A DNA stretch of 64,000 nt, taken from positions 2,656,001 to 2,720,000 of the forward strand of contig OZ243961.1 of NCBI GenBank assembly GCA_965214605.1. The letters run 5' to 3'. Shown piece by piece: positions 18,743-28,786 of the stretch (positions are counted from its first letter, which is position 1; each line of letters opens with the position of its first letter). The DNA comes from an uncultured Candidatus Binatia bacterium. Lineage in GTDB: Bacteria; Desulfobacterota; Binatia; Bin18. The notes beneath the pieces are model-generated. The model worked only from the letters and a program-made list of their open reading frames with translations. It was not told the origin of the DNA and made no database searches. Position numbers and translations under genes: made by a program.

Positions 18743-18828
18743 AGACTGGGGCCGAGGGCTGAGAGGTGACCAAAGGGGTATGGGTGGCTTGACCCAGCCC
18801 TGAGCGCCGTCTCGGTGAGGAGAGCGGA

Positions 18829-19077
18829 GTGCAAAAGCCAGACATTCAGTATCCGTGTCGGTGGTATTACAAAATCATTGGGGCTGACCGACAGCTCATC
18901 ATGGACACCATCCCGATTCTTTTTGAGTATTGTGACTATCAGTTGAGCGAGTCGAACCGCAGCAAAACGGGCAGATACACGTCGTTTCACTTCTCTCTCC
19001 AAGTCCACAGTGAGGAGGAGCGCAATGTGATATTCTGCGCCCTCAAAAGCATCCCGACGGTCAAAATTGTCTTTTAG
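18829..19077 (+). CDS. YbeD/DUF493 family protein
   Basis: IQYPC.W.YKIIG, SKTGRYTS. Confidence 0.85.
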   Translation: MQKPDIQYPCRWYYKIIGADRQLIMDTIPILFEYCDYQLSESNRSKTGRYTSFHFSLQVHSEEERNVIFCALKSIPTVKIVF

Positions 19078-19087
19078 GAACGCCTGC

Positions 19088-20209
19088 TTAGGGGGAGGAT
19101 ATACGGAGCGAGCGAAACGCCACGGTTTGCTGCTCGGGTCCGGCCGGCGGAAAATCCGGTCCGACCCGAAACCGCACCTCGTTCTTGCCAGCTGAGAGCC
19201 AATTGGGATCGAGCCACAGCTCATACTCCCGCCAGCCCCGGTACAGCAACTGGCGGCCGACCAGATGGCCGTTCATCAGGATGGTCAGTGGGTAACACGT
19301 TTCGGTCCGAGTATACACGAAGGGACGGGCGGCAAATCGCAGCAGATAGGCGTCGGACCGCAGTAAGGAGAACGTGAGTCCGGCCTCGCCCCGTTTCATC
19401 CAGGTAATCGGCCCGGCCGGCTCTCGGTCCTGCGTCCCCCACGCGCCGACAAAGTTGGGGTGCTGGCTCGGTCCGCCAAAAGAGATTTGGACCAGGGCGG
19501 CGCTCTCGACCGCCCGCGCTGAGGGGAGAATCAGGCGGGTGTGGGGGAAGAGCAAGAAGGTTGGGTAGCACACCAACAGGCTGAGACTCCAGATCAGGGT
19601 GGACCGAGAAATAGGAAGACGGGCCGGACGGGAGAGACCGAAGCTGAGCCAGGCGGCGCTGAGCAAAACCGTACACGTGACGTCGAGCAGCCAGTGATGG
19701 CCGAGGTAGATACGCTGCCAGATGATCAGGGTTGACAGGGCGACGCACAGTCCAGTGCTGCTGTGTCGCAGCCAGGCGGTCCAGCGGAGGTGCTGGCCGA
19801 GAAAAATGAACACACCGCTGATCAGTATCGCGGTGCTAATGTGACCGCTGGGAAAGCTATTGCCGACCAGGCTCGGAGTCAGGACGCTGGGCCGGGCGCG
19901 CTCCAAGCCGGTCTTTAACAGCTCACATAAAAAAACGCCCCCGCCGATCACCCAGCTGGCCCGCCACACCTCGGCCCACTGGCGACGGACAGATGCGATC
20001 ACAATTGGGACGCTGCTCAAGAGGAGAAGGCCCACCAGCGGCGTCTGTTTGAGAACGGTCGCCAAATAATCGGCCTGGCACGAACGTAGGGTTTGCACCC
20101 ACCGATAGGCCGTCGTATCCAGGGCGATCAGCCACGGCAGACCAACCAGCTCGCACACGGCGAGTCCTAGACAGACGAGCGAGAAGCGAGTCGCAAAATC
20201 AGGTGTCAC
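19088..20209 (-). CDS. PAP2 family membrane phosphatase with C-terminal soluble beta domain
   Basis: KTGLERARP, SFPSGH, RIYLGHHWLLDV; GTG 20209 overlaps the upstream gene end. Confidence 0.85.
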   Translation of the reverse strand: MTPDFATRFSLVCLGLAVCELVGLPWLIALDTTAYRWVQTLRSCQADYLATVLKQTPLVGLLLLSSVPIVIASVRRQWAEVWRASWVIGGGVFLCELLKTGLERARPSVLTPSLVGNSFPSGHISTAILISGVFIFLGQHLRWTAWLRHSSTGLCVALSTLIIWQRIYLGHHWLLDVTCTVLLSAAWLSFGLSRPARLPISRSTLIWSLSLLVCYPTFLLFPHTRLILPSARAVESAALVQISFGGPSQHPNFVGAWGTQDREPAGPITWMKRGEAGLTFSLLRSDAYLLRFAARPFVYTRTETCYPLTILMNGHLVGRQLLYRGWREYELWLDPNWLSAGKNEVRFRVGPDFPPAGPEQQTVAFRSLRISSP

Positions 20210-20618
20210 CAGTCCGAATAGCCTCGGCCTGTGCCCATTCCATATTGTGGCGGTGGCGGTTCGCCATTTCTTTGAGGAAGGCGGCAATATCGGAGGGCGG
20301 GTTCAGGGCTAAGACTTGCTCGACTTTACGCGCAACCCAGGCTTGTCCTTGGGACAGCAGATTGATCTGGTCTGCCAGGCTGGTGAGCCGCAGGACCTTG
20401 TCGGCAAAGTCGCCGATTTTGGTCGAGGGTGTGCCGCCGTGCAGGCGGATCAAGCCTTCGAGGACAGCGGTATCGCTCACCTCGACGTCGGTGAAATTGG
20501 CCAGCAGTGCACTCACCTCAGGGTTTGCCGTCTCTTGGCGCATCGCGTCCAACAGCCGATGGCCGGCGCGTTCTGCTTCGAGCAGCCGGTTGAGGAGTGC
20601 TTCGAGTTGAGAGTCCAT
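20199..20618 (-). CDS. Ferritin-like protein (DUF6306-like)
   Basis: LNRLLEAERAG, GDFADKV, LLSQGQAWVARK, EM..RH..N. Confidence 0.75.
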   Translation of the reverse strand: MDSQLEALLNRLLEAERAGHRLLDAMRQETANPEVSALLANFTDVEVSDTAVLEGLIRLHGGTPSTKIGDFADKVLRLTSLADQINLLSQGQAWVARKVEQVLALNPPSDIAAFLKEMANRHRHNMEWAQAEAIRTGDT

Positions 20619-21120
20619 CACACTCCCCTGTTTACCACCACTGGCTGACCCAAAGCAAGCTGCTGTGGGCTGTGCGAGGACAGACGCTTCCAGCTCCCGG
20701 CGTGTCGCCCAAGAGCTGGCTGAGCGTCGGATTGCTCGGTGGATTACCGCTTGGGAAAAAGAGCCCTCATCGTGCCTCGCCGAAGTCTTCGCGCGAGCAG
20801 CCACCGATTGATTGTATCCCGGTCGCTACACTCAGCACGATAGTGTGGTCCCCTCCATTGATTTTTTCGGCCGCCACCCCGTCGGGTGCGGTCGGCCCCC
20901 TAAAGAGCGGTCAACGCATACGCCGCGAAGGGAGCAAAAATCCGCTCGCGCCCCACGGCGGGCAGTGATAACCGGGTCATTTCTCGTCGCCTGTTTATGC
21001 CCATCAGCCCCCACAAGCATCCCCAGCTCTGACAAACGCCACAGACCCATAGCGCTGCCTCGCTCGGGTTGCTAAGGACTGTAGCGTTACTTTTTCACAG
21101 CCCCAGAAAGGAGCCCGACG

Positions 21121-21945
21121 ATGTCCTATCAGACCCTCAATCTAGAGCGAGACAAAGCTGTATTAACCCTTACCGTCAACCGGCCTGAGGTGCTCAACGC
21201 CCAGAGCCGGATCATGCTCGAAGAGTTTGACCAGGCCATGGCCCAAGCCGCCAGTGACGATACGGTTAAGGTTGTCATTGTGGCTGGGGCGGGCAAGCAT
21301 TTTTCGGCCGGCCACGATATTGGTAGCCCGCAGGAACTGCAAGATCAGCGGCAGCGACCGATACAGAAAGGGGTTGCCAACGAATATCAACGGACCTGGG
21401 AGCTGTACTTTGAGAACACGCTGCGCTGGCGCGACTTTCCAAAGCCGACCATCGCTCAAGTGCAGGGGTACTGTATCATGGGCGGCCTGATGCTAGCCTC
21501 GGCGTGTGACCTGATTATTGCTTCTGATGACGCCAAATTCTGTGACCGGTCCGTGCGCTGGGGCGGCTCGCATGTGCAGTATTACAGTCTGCCGTGGGAT
21601 ATTGGCTTCCGCAAAGCCAAAGAGCAGATGTTCACCGGCGATTGGCTGACGGCTCACGAGGCTGAGCGCAGAGGGTTGGTCAACCGTGTTGTATCGCGGG
21701 ACACGCTGGCACAAGGAACCATGGCGCTAGCGCAGCGCATTGCCATGCAAGACGCGTTTGCTCTACGCACGGCGAAGTTTGCCCTCAATCAGATGCAGGA
21801 CGAGATGGGTTTTCGGACCGCCGTTACCGGCGCGTTTCAAACCTATGCGCTGACTCGAGTCTATCGTCTTGAGCAGGGCGAAGACAGCCTGGCCGGGGCC
21901 CAGCGGGCCAAAGCGCGCGACGCGGCGTTTGGCGATCATCGCTGA
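21121..21945 (+). CDS. Enoyl-CoA hydratase/isomerase family
   Basis: NRPEVLNA, FSAGHD, PKPTIAQVQGYCIMGGLML. Confidence 0.93.
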   Translation: MSYQTLNLERDKAVLTLTVNRPEVLNAQSRIMLEEFDQAMAQAASDDTVKVVIVAGAGKHFSAGHDIGSPQELQDQRQRPIQKGVANEYQRTWELYFENTLRWRDFPKPTIAQVQGYCIMGGLMLASACDLIIASDDAKFCDRSVRWGGSHVQYYSLPWDIGFRKAKEQMFTGDWLTAHEAERRGLVNRVVSRDTLAQGTMALAQRIAMQDAFALRTAKFALNQMQDEMGFRTAVTGAFQTYALTRVYRLEQGEDSLAGAQRAKARDAAFGDHR

Positions 21946-21998
21946 CCCCGGGGCTCCACGAGACGCAAGGCGCCCCGTCGGAGTGTGGCTCCAGAGCC

Positions 21999-22832
21999 TT
22001 AGTCGGCCTGACCGCTCCCCCAGGCGATGCCGTTGCGCAGCAACTGCTCAAACGCGGCGGTCTCCCACGGACCTCGGAACGACACCGGGGTCGTGCCTGA
22101 CTCCTCCACGCTGGCATCGACAAGGGGCTGGACATTGGTGAAGGGCGAGTGGCAGTGGCCGAGCGCGATATAGGCAACCCCACCCTGACCGATGTCCCGC
22201 GTGTACCCCAGCACTCGGGTTTTTCCATCCGGTAGCAGGGAGGTGTCGGTATCGTACACAAAGCCAAAGCCTGGGGGCGAAGGGTCTGTTGGCAGCTGGG
22301 TGGTCAGCAGGACTTGACTGCTGGCCGGTTCTTGCAGCTCAATCAGATACAGCTCATCCGTCACCTCAAAGGAAGCGGGCAGCCCCGTTGTCAGGGGGTG
22401 GTCGTGACGGGAGACCTCGACCTCGAACTTGCACAGGGGCGGGTGATTTAGAAAGAAGCTTCCCAAAACGGCGTGGTGGCGAGTCTTGAGCATTTTTCGC
22501 ACGCGGCGGTTGCCTTCAACCGGTACAGCTCTCCCGCCGCTGGTACCGTGCAAGCCTAGCCAGCGTCCGCCGTCCTCCAACCATTGCTGCATGACCGGAC
22601 TCTGTTCGTTGGTCAGGTGTGGTCCGGCAACATAGGTGATCACCAGCTGACAGGGTGGCAGCCACTTGGCTAGATCGGTGAAATCATTGCTGACGGTGGT
22701 CACCAAGTGTGGAGTTTCGCTCAGCAGTTGAAGAATGCGCAGACGGGCATAGTCCATATCATGTCCGGCCGGGGAGCCTGCCGGATAGCCGCCGGCAACA
22801 ACGTGGACGCGGATGGGATGCGCTGTACTCAT
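21999..22832 (-). CDS. ThuA-like domain protein
   Basis: GGRWLGLHGT, FLNHPP, DELY, YIALGH. Confidence 0.85.
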   Translation of the reverse strand: MSTAHPIRVHVVAGGYPAGSPAGHDMDYARLRILQLLSETPHLVTTVSNDFTDLAKWLPPCQLVITYVAGPHLTNEQSPVMQQWLEDGGRWLGLHGTSGGRAVPVEGNRRVRKMLKTRHHAVLGSFFLNHPPLCKFEVEVSRHDHPLTTGLPASFEVTDELYLIELQEPASSQVLLTTQLPTDPSPPGFGFVYDTDTSLLPDGKTRVLGYTRDIGQGGVAYIALGHCHSPFTNVQPLVDASVEESGTTPVSFRGPWETAAFEQLLRNGIAWGSGQAD

Positions 22833-22904
22833 ACTCTTGCCCTCCTTCTTTGTCAGTGGTATTTAGCGCAACTTTTTTGGAACTGCCAGCCGTCCGCGTG
22901 TTGA

Positions 22905-23165
22905 TTGCTCTCACGAGTCATCACGTCAGGGTTCAAGGCAAAAGGGGGGCCCCTTCTTGAGACGGGACAAGCCGTCATCATTTTGAAGCGTGGCAAGTCT
23001 GTTGCCCGGCTTGGGCCACCGGAAGGCTGGCCGCAAGAGGCGCTTTTTGAAACAGAAGAAATTCATGGGAAGAGGATTGAGTCGGAGACCCTACACTGCG
23101 GGAAGCTGAAGGGGAGGAGAGGGAGTACCCTTTGGTACCCATATCCTCCTGAGAATCCTCCCTAG
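22905..23165 (+). pseudogene. Degenerate Phd/YefM antitoxin remnant
   Basis: ITSGFKAK..LL-ETGQAVIILKRGKSVARLGP resembles FKAKCLxLLDxVxxTGExVxITKRGKPVARLVP with an internal deletion. Confidence 0.6.
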
Positions 23166-23372
23166 AGCTCTGATATGACGCAGCATTGCGAAGGGGCGGA
23201 CCCGCGACACGCGTGGTCTCTCTCTCCTGCCCAGAAGCAGGAGGTGCCCCCCGGCTGCATTTCATCGCGCCCCGGCCGGTCGTATCCGTTGTTGCCTCGG
23301 CACGGTCTATGGGGGCAGGAGTGCCGACACGAGATAAACGCACCTAGGCCGTCTCGGTGTATTCCCACTCTG

Positions 23373-24716
23373 TCATGACTCGTCTTGCGGCGTCCCGATC
23401 AACACAATTTTGATATCCATGACATTGGTCCCGGTCGGGCCTGGCTGAAATAAGTCACCGAGCGCGGCAAAGAAAGGATAGGCGTCGTTGTTGTGGAGGG
23501 CGGCGGACGAATCAAGTCCCTTGGCCCGCGCCCGGCTCAGGCTCTCCCCATCGACATAGGCTCCCGCCGCGTCGGTCGGGCCGTCTATGCCGTCCGTTCC
23601 GGCACTGAGGAGCATCCAGCCCGCTTCGCCTTGGAGCTCGTGGGCAACGACGAGGGCAAATTCCTGATTACGTCCGCCCTTGCCCGTTCCTGTCAGCCGG
23701 ACGGTTGTTTCTCCGCCGGCCAGGAGACACGTCGGGGTGCGTTCTCGTGCCAAGCGCGTCCGGATCTGTTGGGCAAAAGTATGGGCCGTCTGAGTGGTAT
23801 CGCCCGACAAGGGTTCAGGAAGAAGGTACACACCAAAGCCCCGCTGCCGGGCGTCTGAGGCTGCCGCTTCAAGCGCCAGACGGTTGGAGCCGAGCAGATA
23901 ATTGTGTACTCGGGAAAAAATCGTATCGTGCGGTTTGGGCGTCTCTTCCACCCATCCCCGCATTCCGGCAGACAGATGCCGTTTGACCGCTGCAGGACTA
24001 GACGCCAGCAGGCCATAACGTTCCAGGATACGCCACGCAGCGGTAAAGGTTGTGGGGTCGGCAACGGTCGGTCCCGAGCCGATCGTACTCAAATCATCGC
24101 CAATCACATCCGACAGAATAAAGCTGAGGACAGTGGCGGGAGCTGCCAGGCGGGCCAGCCTCCCGCCTTTAATCTGGGACAGATGTTTGCGTACCGTGTT
24201 GATCTCCTGAATATCTGCCCCGCAGCCCAAGAGTAGGCGATTGATCGTGAGCTTGTCTTCGAGCGATACCCCCGGAACCGGCCCAACGAGCAGACCTGAC
24301 GCTCCTCCGGTGAGGCAAAAACAGATCAGGTCAGACGGACTGCGCTCAGCTAGGAGGGTCATAAGGTATTTTCCGCCACGCAGGCTGCCCGGGCCGGGTA
24401 AGGGGTGCTCTCCGATGAGAAGGTGAAGGGGATCAAGACTGAGCACCGTGTCCTGAGGAACCACGACGCCCCCCCCAAGCAGATGTTCCCCGAGCAACGG
24501 GAGCAGGGCCTCGGCCATACGACCGGCACCTTTGCCCGCGCCAATGACAAAGGCGTTGTGGTCCAGAGAGAAGCGGGTCGTGTGGGCACCGACCCGAACG
24601 CTGAGCTGACCCGGCTGCCTAGTGAGGGTGCGCTGAATAAGCCGGGCCGGGTCAGCAGCCGTGAGCGCGCTGGAAAAAAGGGCGTCCAGCGCGGCACGCG
24701 TGAGGGGTGGGGACAT
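23373..24716 (-). CDS. Glycerate 2-kinase (TtuD/MOFRL family)
   Basis: GAGKG, HPLP, GGASGL, EINTVRKHLSQIKGGRL, GGETTV, GGRNQE, GTDGIDG, TGTNVMD. Confidence 0.95.
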   Translation of the reverse strand: MSPPLTRAALDALFSSALTAADPARLIQRTLTRQPGQLSVRVGAHTTRFSLDHNAFVIGAGKGAGRMAEALLPLLGEHLLGGGVVVPQDTVLSLDPLHLLIGEHPLPGPGSLRGGKYLMTLLAERSPSDLICFCLTGGASGLLVGPVPGVSLEDKLTINRLLLGCGADIQEINTVRKHLSQIKGGRLARLAAPATVLSFILSDVIGDDLSTIGSGPTVADPTTFTAAWRILERYGLLASSPAAVKRHLSAGMRGWVEETPKPHDTIFSRVHNYLLGSNRLALEAAASDARQRGFGVYLLPEPLSGDTTQTAHTFAQQIRTRLARERTPTCLLAGGETTVRLTGTGKGGRNQEFALVVAHELQGEAGWMLLSAGTDGIDGPTDAAGAYVDGESLSRARAKGLDSSAALHNNDAYPFFAALGDLFQPGPTGTNVMDIKIVLIGTPQDES

Positions 24717-24779
24717 CAGTGTTCGGGGCGGGATATGCCCCGTCCGGTTTGGAGAGAGGATAATGCAGAGCGGTTTTGC

Positions 24780-25205
24780 TCAGGCGCCGTCGTCGTCAAG
24801 ATCGACCAGCGAGCCACGTCGCCGCAGACGATCGTCGTCAGTGCGACGGTGCAGTTTGGCTTCTTTTTCAAGATCGCTCTGACAAGACACACACAGCCTG
24901 GTAAATGGCAGGGCTTCGAGCCGCTCGGGCGTAATCTCTTCTTCACACATATCGCACAGACCGTAGTCATCGGACGCGATCCGTTCAAGCGCGTCTTCAA
25001 TCGCCTGGAGTTTCTCGCGGTCGCGGTCACTCAGAATCAGATTAATCTCGCGGTCGCGTTCTTCGCTGGCCAGGTCATAGGTATCCATTCCTTCTTCGAT
25101 CGTGCCTTCTTTGCCAACCCGAAACTCTTCGTCCAGCTGCTCCAGGATTTGCTGTTTTTGAGTGGTCAGGGTTGCGTGCATTTTTTTCAGAAACGTTTTT
25201 CGCAT
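24780..25205 (-). CDS. dksA: DksA/TraR C4 zinc-finger protein
   Basis: DTYDLA coiled-coil tip; YGLCDMCEEEI..RLEALP.TRLCVSCQ. Confidence 0.88.
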   Translation of the reverse strand: MRKTFLKKMHATLTTQKQQILEQLDEEFRVGKEGTIEEGMDTYDLASEERDREINLILSDRDREKLQAIEDALERIASDDYGLCDMCEEEITPERLEALPFTRLCVSCQSDLEKEAKLHRRTDDDRLRRRGSLVDLDDDGA

Positions 25206-25998
25206 GTGACGTACCCTCCTCCAGACCGATCAAGGTTTCCCCTAAGAATGCTCCTGAGCCCATCAATTGCGCCCGTGTCAAAAAGTCGCCCTACAAGGGG
25301 GAGGTGATCCAAAAGTCTTGCCACGACTCTTCGAACGTGAACGTTTTTTGGTTCGCGTACTTGTAATAAAGATTGTGGACGGTTCGAAACATCGCTGCCT
25401 AATAGGAACACTCCCGATGAGTGAAACACGCCTCTTACTCGTCCAATGTTGTATCAATTTCGTGGTTGGTCAATTGAGCTATCGAAAAATGTTTGCAGTC
25501 ACTAACGTAATATCTACCGCCGTGTCTCCTTTTCGGGAATTTCCTCCAACCCGTTTACACTCTCCGGTATCTGGGACGACAGCACAAACCACCCGTCTCT
25601 GTATTACTGAAGCGTCCCTGCCGTTTCAGTTGACCCACCGCCGTAATGGCTCTTCGGACTCTCCTACCTGCTCCCTGTGTCAGGGTGAAGGTCTAGCTGC
25701 CGGGCCCAGTGTATCTGCGACAAGCCGCACCAATCAGAGTCCGCTTCAGAGGGGACGCCATCAATGCTACTAAAAGGTCGTATCTGCCGTTTCAAGTTGC
25801 CCTGCCGTGACGCTAGACATCAACGCTCTGGCCGCTTTCAAGTCCTAGCAGACATTATCTTCACGATTCCGATCGCGGGTAACACTCAGCCCTAACGAAG
25901 AACTTTCTTAAAGTCAATAATTTGCAACTGCCGGATCCTGGTGTCTTTCGAGATTTTTATCCCAACAGAAACAGGGGCTTCGCGTTTACAATGGGCCA

Positions 25999-27354
25999 CT
26001 ACCCCGCTGCCGAGTGCGGCTCGGAGAGCCGGCTGACGTTCAGATCATAGCCGGCGGCACCGACGATACGCACCGGCACAATCTCTCCGCTAGCTGCCTG
26101 GGTCTCCTGGGAAAAATAGACTACCCCATCGATATCGGGCGCTTGGCCGCGCGTTCGGCCCCATACCCGCCCCTGGTCATCGGTGTCACACATCAGGACG
26201 TCCTGCTCAGAGCCGATCAGCGACAGCTGTTTTTTGCGGACAACCTGATACTGGCGTTCCATGAGACGTGCCCACCGCTCGTGTTTGAGCGCATCTTCGA
26301 CCTGGTTTGGCATCAGCCCGGCTGGCGTGCCTTCTTCTTGCGAGTAGCGAAATACGCCAACGTGATCAATTTCTGCTTCGCCGATAAAGGCGAGCAGTTG
26401 GCGAAAGTCTTCTTCTTGCTCGCCCGGAAAGCCGACGATAAAAGAGCTGCGCAGGACGACTCCAGGGATATGGGTCCGAATCCGCTCTAGCAGGCGCCGA
26501 ATCCTATCCCCGCTTTTTTCTCGACGCATCGCTCGCAGCATTCGGTCGCTGATATGTTGGAGAGGCATATCGATGTACGGGCAGACTTTTTCTTCTTCGG
26601 CAATGCCACGCAACACGGCCGCGTCCAGATAGTTTGGGTAGCAGTACAATAGGCGGAGCCAGTCAATCCCGTCCACCCTACACAGCGCCCGCAGCAGCTC
26701 TAACAGGGTCGTTCCGTCGCGACGCTCCCGGCCGTAGGCGGTGAGATCTTGGGCAATCAGGTTGAGTTCACGGACGCCTTGGGCAGCCAGAGTCTCTGCT
26801 TCTGCGAGCAGAGAGTCGAGAGGGCGACTCTCTTGCCGCCCCCGAATCTTGGGGATAATGCAGAAGGCACATTGATGGTTACAGCCCTCGGCGACTTTGA
26901 GATAGGCGGAGTAAAATGGAGTGGTCGGCACGCGTGGGGCGCTATGATCGGGCAGAACGTGGCCCGCCCCAACATATGAGACCGGACCGGCTAGCGCTTT
27001 CCGCTTGGCGCGTAAAATTTCGGTGATCCGCAAAAACTCGCCGGTGCCGACAAAAACGTCAACCTCGGGCAACGAGGTCCGCAGCTCGTGTCCGTAGCGT
27101 TGGGCTAGGCAGCCGGTCACAATGAGTTGCTTGGCCGGGCTGTTCTCTTTGTAGGCAGCCAGCTCAAGAATCGTCTCAATCGATTCTTCCTTGGCCTCCT
27201 CGATAAAGCTACAGGTGTTGACCATCAGGATGCCCGCCCGGTCTGGATCAAGGCTCATGGTGTAGCCCGCTTGGGCTAGGAGGCCGAGCATCACCTCTCC
27301 GTCGACCAGGTTTTTAGGGCAGCCTAGGTTGACCATGTATACGGTTTTGTCCAT
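25999..27354 (-). CDS. rimO: Ribosomal protein S12 methylthiotransferase
   Basis: LGCPKNLVD, NTCSFI, EGCNHQCAFCIIP, APDIDG. Confidence 0.97.
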   Translation of the reverse strand: MDKTVYMVNLGCPKNLVDGEVMLGLLAQAGYTMSLDPDRAGILMVNTCSFIEEAKEESIETILELAAYKENSPAKQLIVTGCLAQRYGHELRTSLPEVDVFVGTGEFLRITEILRAKRKALAGPVSYVGAGHVLPDHSAPRVPTTPFYSAYLKVAEGCNHQCAFCIIPKIRGRQESRPLDSLLAEAETLAAQGVRELNLIAQDLTAYGRERRDGTTLLELLRALCRVDGIDWLRLLYCYPNYLDAAVLRGIAEEEKVCPYIDMPLQHISDRMLRAMRREKSGDRIRRLLERIRTHIPGVVLRSSFIVGFPGEQEEDFRQLLAFIGEAEIDHVGVFRYSQEEGTPAGLMPNQVEDALKHERWARLMERQYQVVRKKQLSLIGSEQDVLMCDTDDQGRVWGRTRGQAPDIDGVVYFSQETQAASGEIVPVRIVGAAGYDLNVSRLSEPHSAAG

Positions 27355-27386
27355 ACCGCTTGTCTGGGGCTGTGCGAGAAACAGCC

Positions 27387-28289
27387 TTACTCATCTTCGT
27401 TTTTGTCATCTTTGCGTTGCTGCAAGAAGCGTTGGAGTGCATCTTCTATGCCGCCATGGCCGTTAGCGTGGCCGTTGCCATTGCCTTTGGGCGCGGTTTC
27501 GAGTTCACCCTCTTCCTCTTTGTCACGGTCTTCGAGTTGCTTGACATAGGCGGCCATATTGGGATTCTCGGCTATGGCTTGGGCGACCTTCGCATCAAAA
27601 TCAAACGCCTGGGTGCTCAGCTCTGCCGTTTCAATACTAAATTTGAGGAAGGACTCAATCCGTTCGACGAGGGCCAGTGCGGCCTTGGGGTTGGGCGTGG
27701 CCGAGATATAATGCGGAACATTGGCCCAAAAGCTGGCCGAAGCGACGCCGGCTTGGCGACAGGCGTCGTTAAACACGCCAACAATGCCGGTTGGGCCTTC
27801 ATATCGGGACGGCGTGATCTGAATTTGGTTGGCCAGGGTTGGATCGCTTGAAAAGCCCACCACCCGAACCGGACGTGAATAGGCCACATCGGCCAGTAGC
27901 GCCCCGAGGGTGATGACGAGATTCACCCCGCACTGTTTGGCCAAATCAAGAATCACGGCCGAATATGTTCTCCACTTCAACTGGGGTTCAATCCCCACCC
28001 CCAGAATTAGATTGCGACGCAGAGCGGGAGTGGTGGAGTAAAAAAAGTCGTTGGCCGGCCACTTAATCTCACGGTACAAACCTTGTCGGAGACGCACCTG
28101 GGGGCGGGTTTCAGAAAAATCATAAAATTCTTCGGGGTCAATTCCGGCAAACTTGCGGGCTTGCACTCCTTTGACCAAGAACTCGGCGGCGTGTGTCGCC
28201 GCATTGCCAGCGTCGTTCCAGCCGGCAAAGGCAACGATTAAAACGGGGTCGCTGAGTGTGGGGAGTTTGTCTATCTGTAATGCGCTCAT
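27387..28289 (-). CDS. PAC2 (proteasome assembly chaperone) family protein
   Basis: AFAGWNDAG, DPEEFYDF..RP, GIEP..W, YEGPTGI, WANVPHY, PNPKA. Confidence 0.9.
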   Translation of the reverse strand: MSALQIDKLPTLSDPVLIVAFAGWNDAGNAATHAAEFLVKGVQARKFAGIDPEEFYDFSETRPQVRLRQGLYREIKWPANDFFYSTTPALRRNLILGVGIEPQLKWRTYSAVILDLAKQCGVNLVITLGALLADVAYSRPVRVVGFSSDPTLANQIQITPSRYEGPTGIVGVFNDACRQAGVASASFWANVPHYISATPNPKAALALVERIESFLKFSIETAELSTQAFDFDAKVAQAIAENPNMAAYVKQLEDRDKEEEGELETAPKGNGNGHANGHGGIEDALQRFLQQRKDDKNEDE

Positions 28290-28354
28290 GACTTCCCCTC
28301 CTTCGGAGCTATAAAAAATGGGACATTGCGGCACTGGTCAAGCGTCGCAGGAGT

Positions 28355-28756
28355 CTACCTGCTTCCCGGACTATTGCCAAGGGATTCGAACCAGGGCAGC
28401 GTGTCTTTGAAAAAATATCCTCCCAGCACGAAGAGCACGAGGAGGACAAGCCCAATGACGACCGGACGCACAAACGATCGCGGCGCTTTCAGCGGCACGC
28501 TTTCCATAGCCGTTCTTCTTTGGCTATCGGCCAGGAAGCGGGCGACGGTTTCCGCCGGGTCTAGGTCAAGAAACAGGGAGTAGGTGCGCAGAAAGGGGAC
28601 CAGATACAAAGTATCGGCCAGGAGGTGCGAATCGCCCTGCCCCTCCAAAATGTGCAGATATGGTTCTGGGATACGCGTCTGCTCGCACGCTTCTTGGGGC
28701 GAGAGCCCTTGCGCTTCTCGTTTTTGCCTGAGTAGTGTTGCGAGTTCTCCTGCCAT
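28355..28756 (-). CDS. Short RodZ-like HTH membrane protein
   Basis: LRQKREAQGLS..TRI..YL..LE..FLRTYS.FL.LD followed by a TM helix. Confidence 0.8.
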   Translation of the reverse strand: MAGELATLLRQKREAQGLSPQEACEQTRIPEPYLHILEGQGDSHLLADTLYLVPFLRTYSLFLDLDPAETVARFLADSQRRTAMESVPLKAPRSFVRPVVIGLVLLVLFVLGGYFFKDTLPWFESLGNSPGSR

Positions 28757-28786
28757 AGGTTCGTACTCTCTACGGGAGACGCCGGC

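Noticed and set aside
24405-25307. 300-aa plus-strand ORF and other long antisense ORFs (33004-33879, 50527-51384, 11477-12196)
   Set aside because: Shadows of well-supported genes in GC-rich DNA; no motifs
25267-25773. 168-aa ORF in the dksA-rimO gap
   Set aside because: No recognisable domain, weak start, atypical composition
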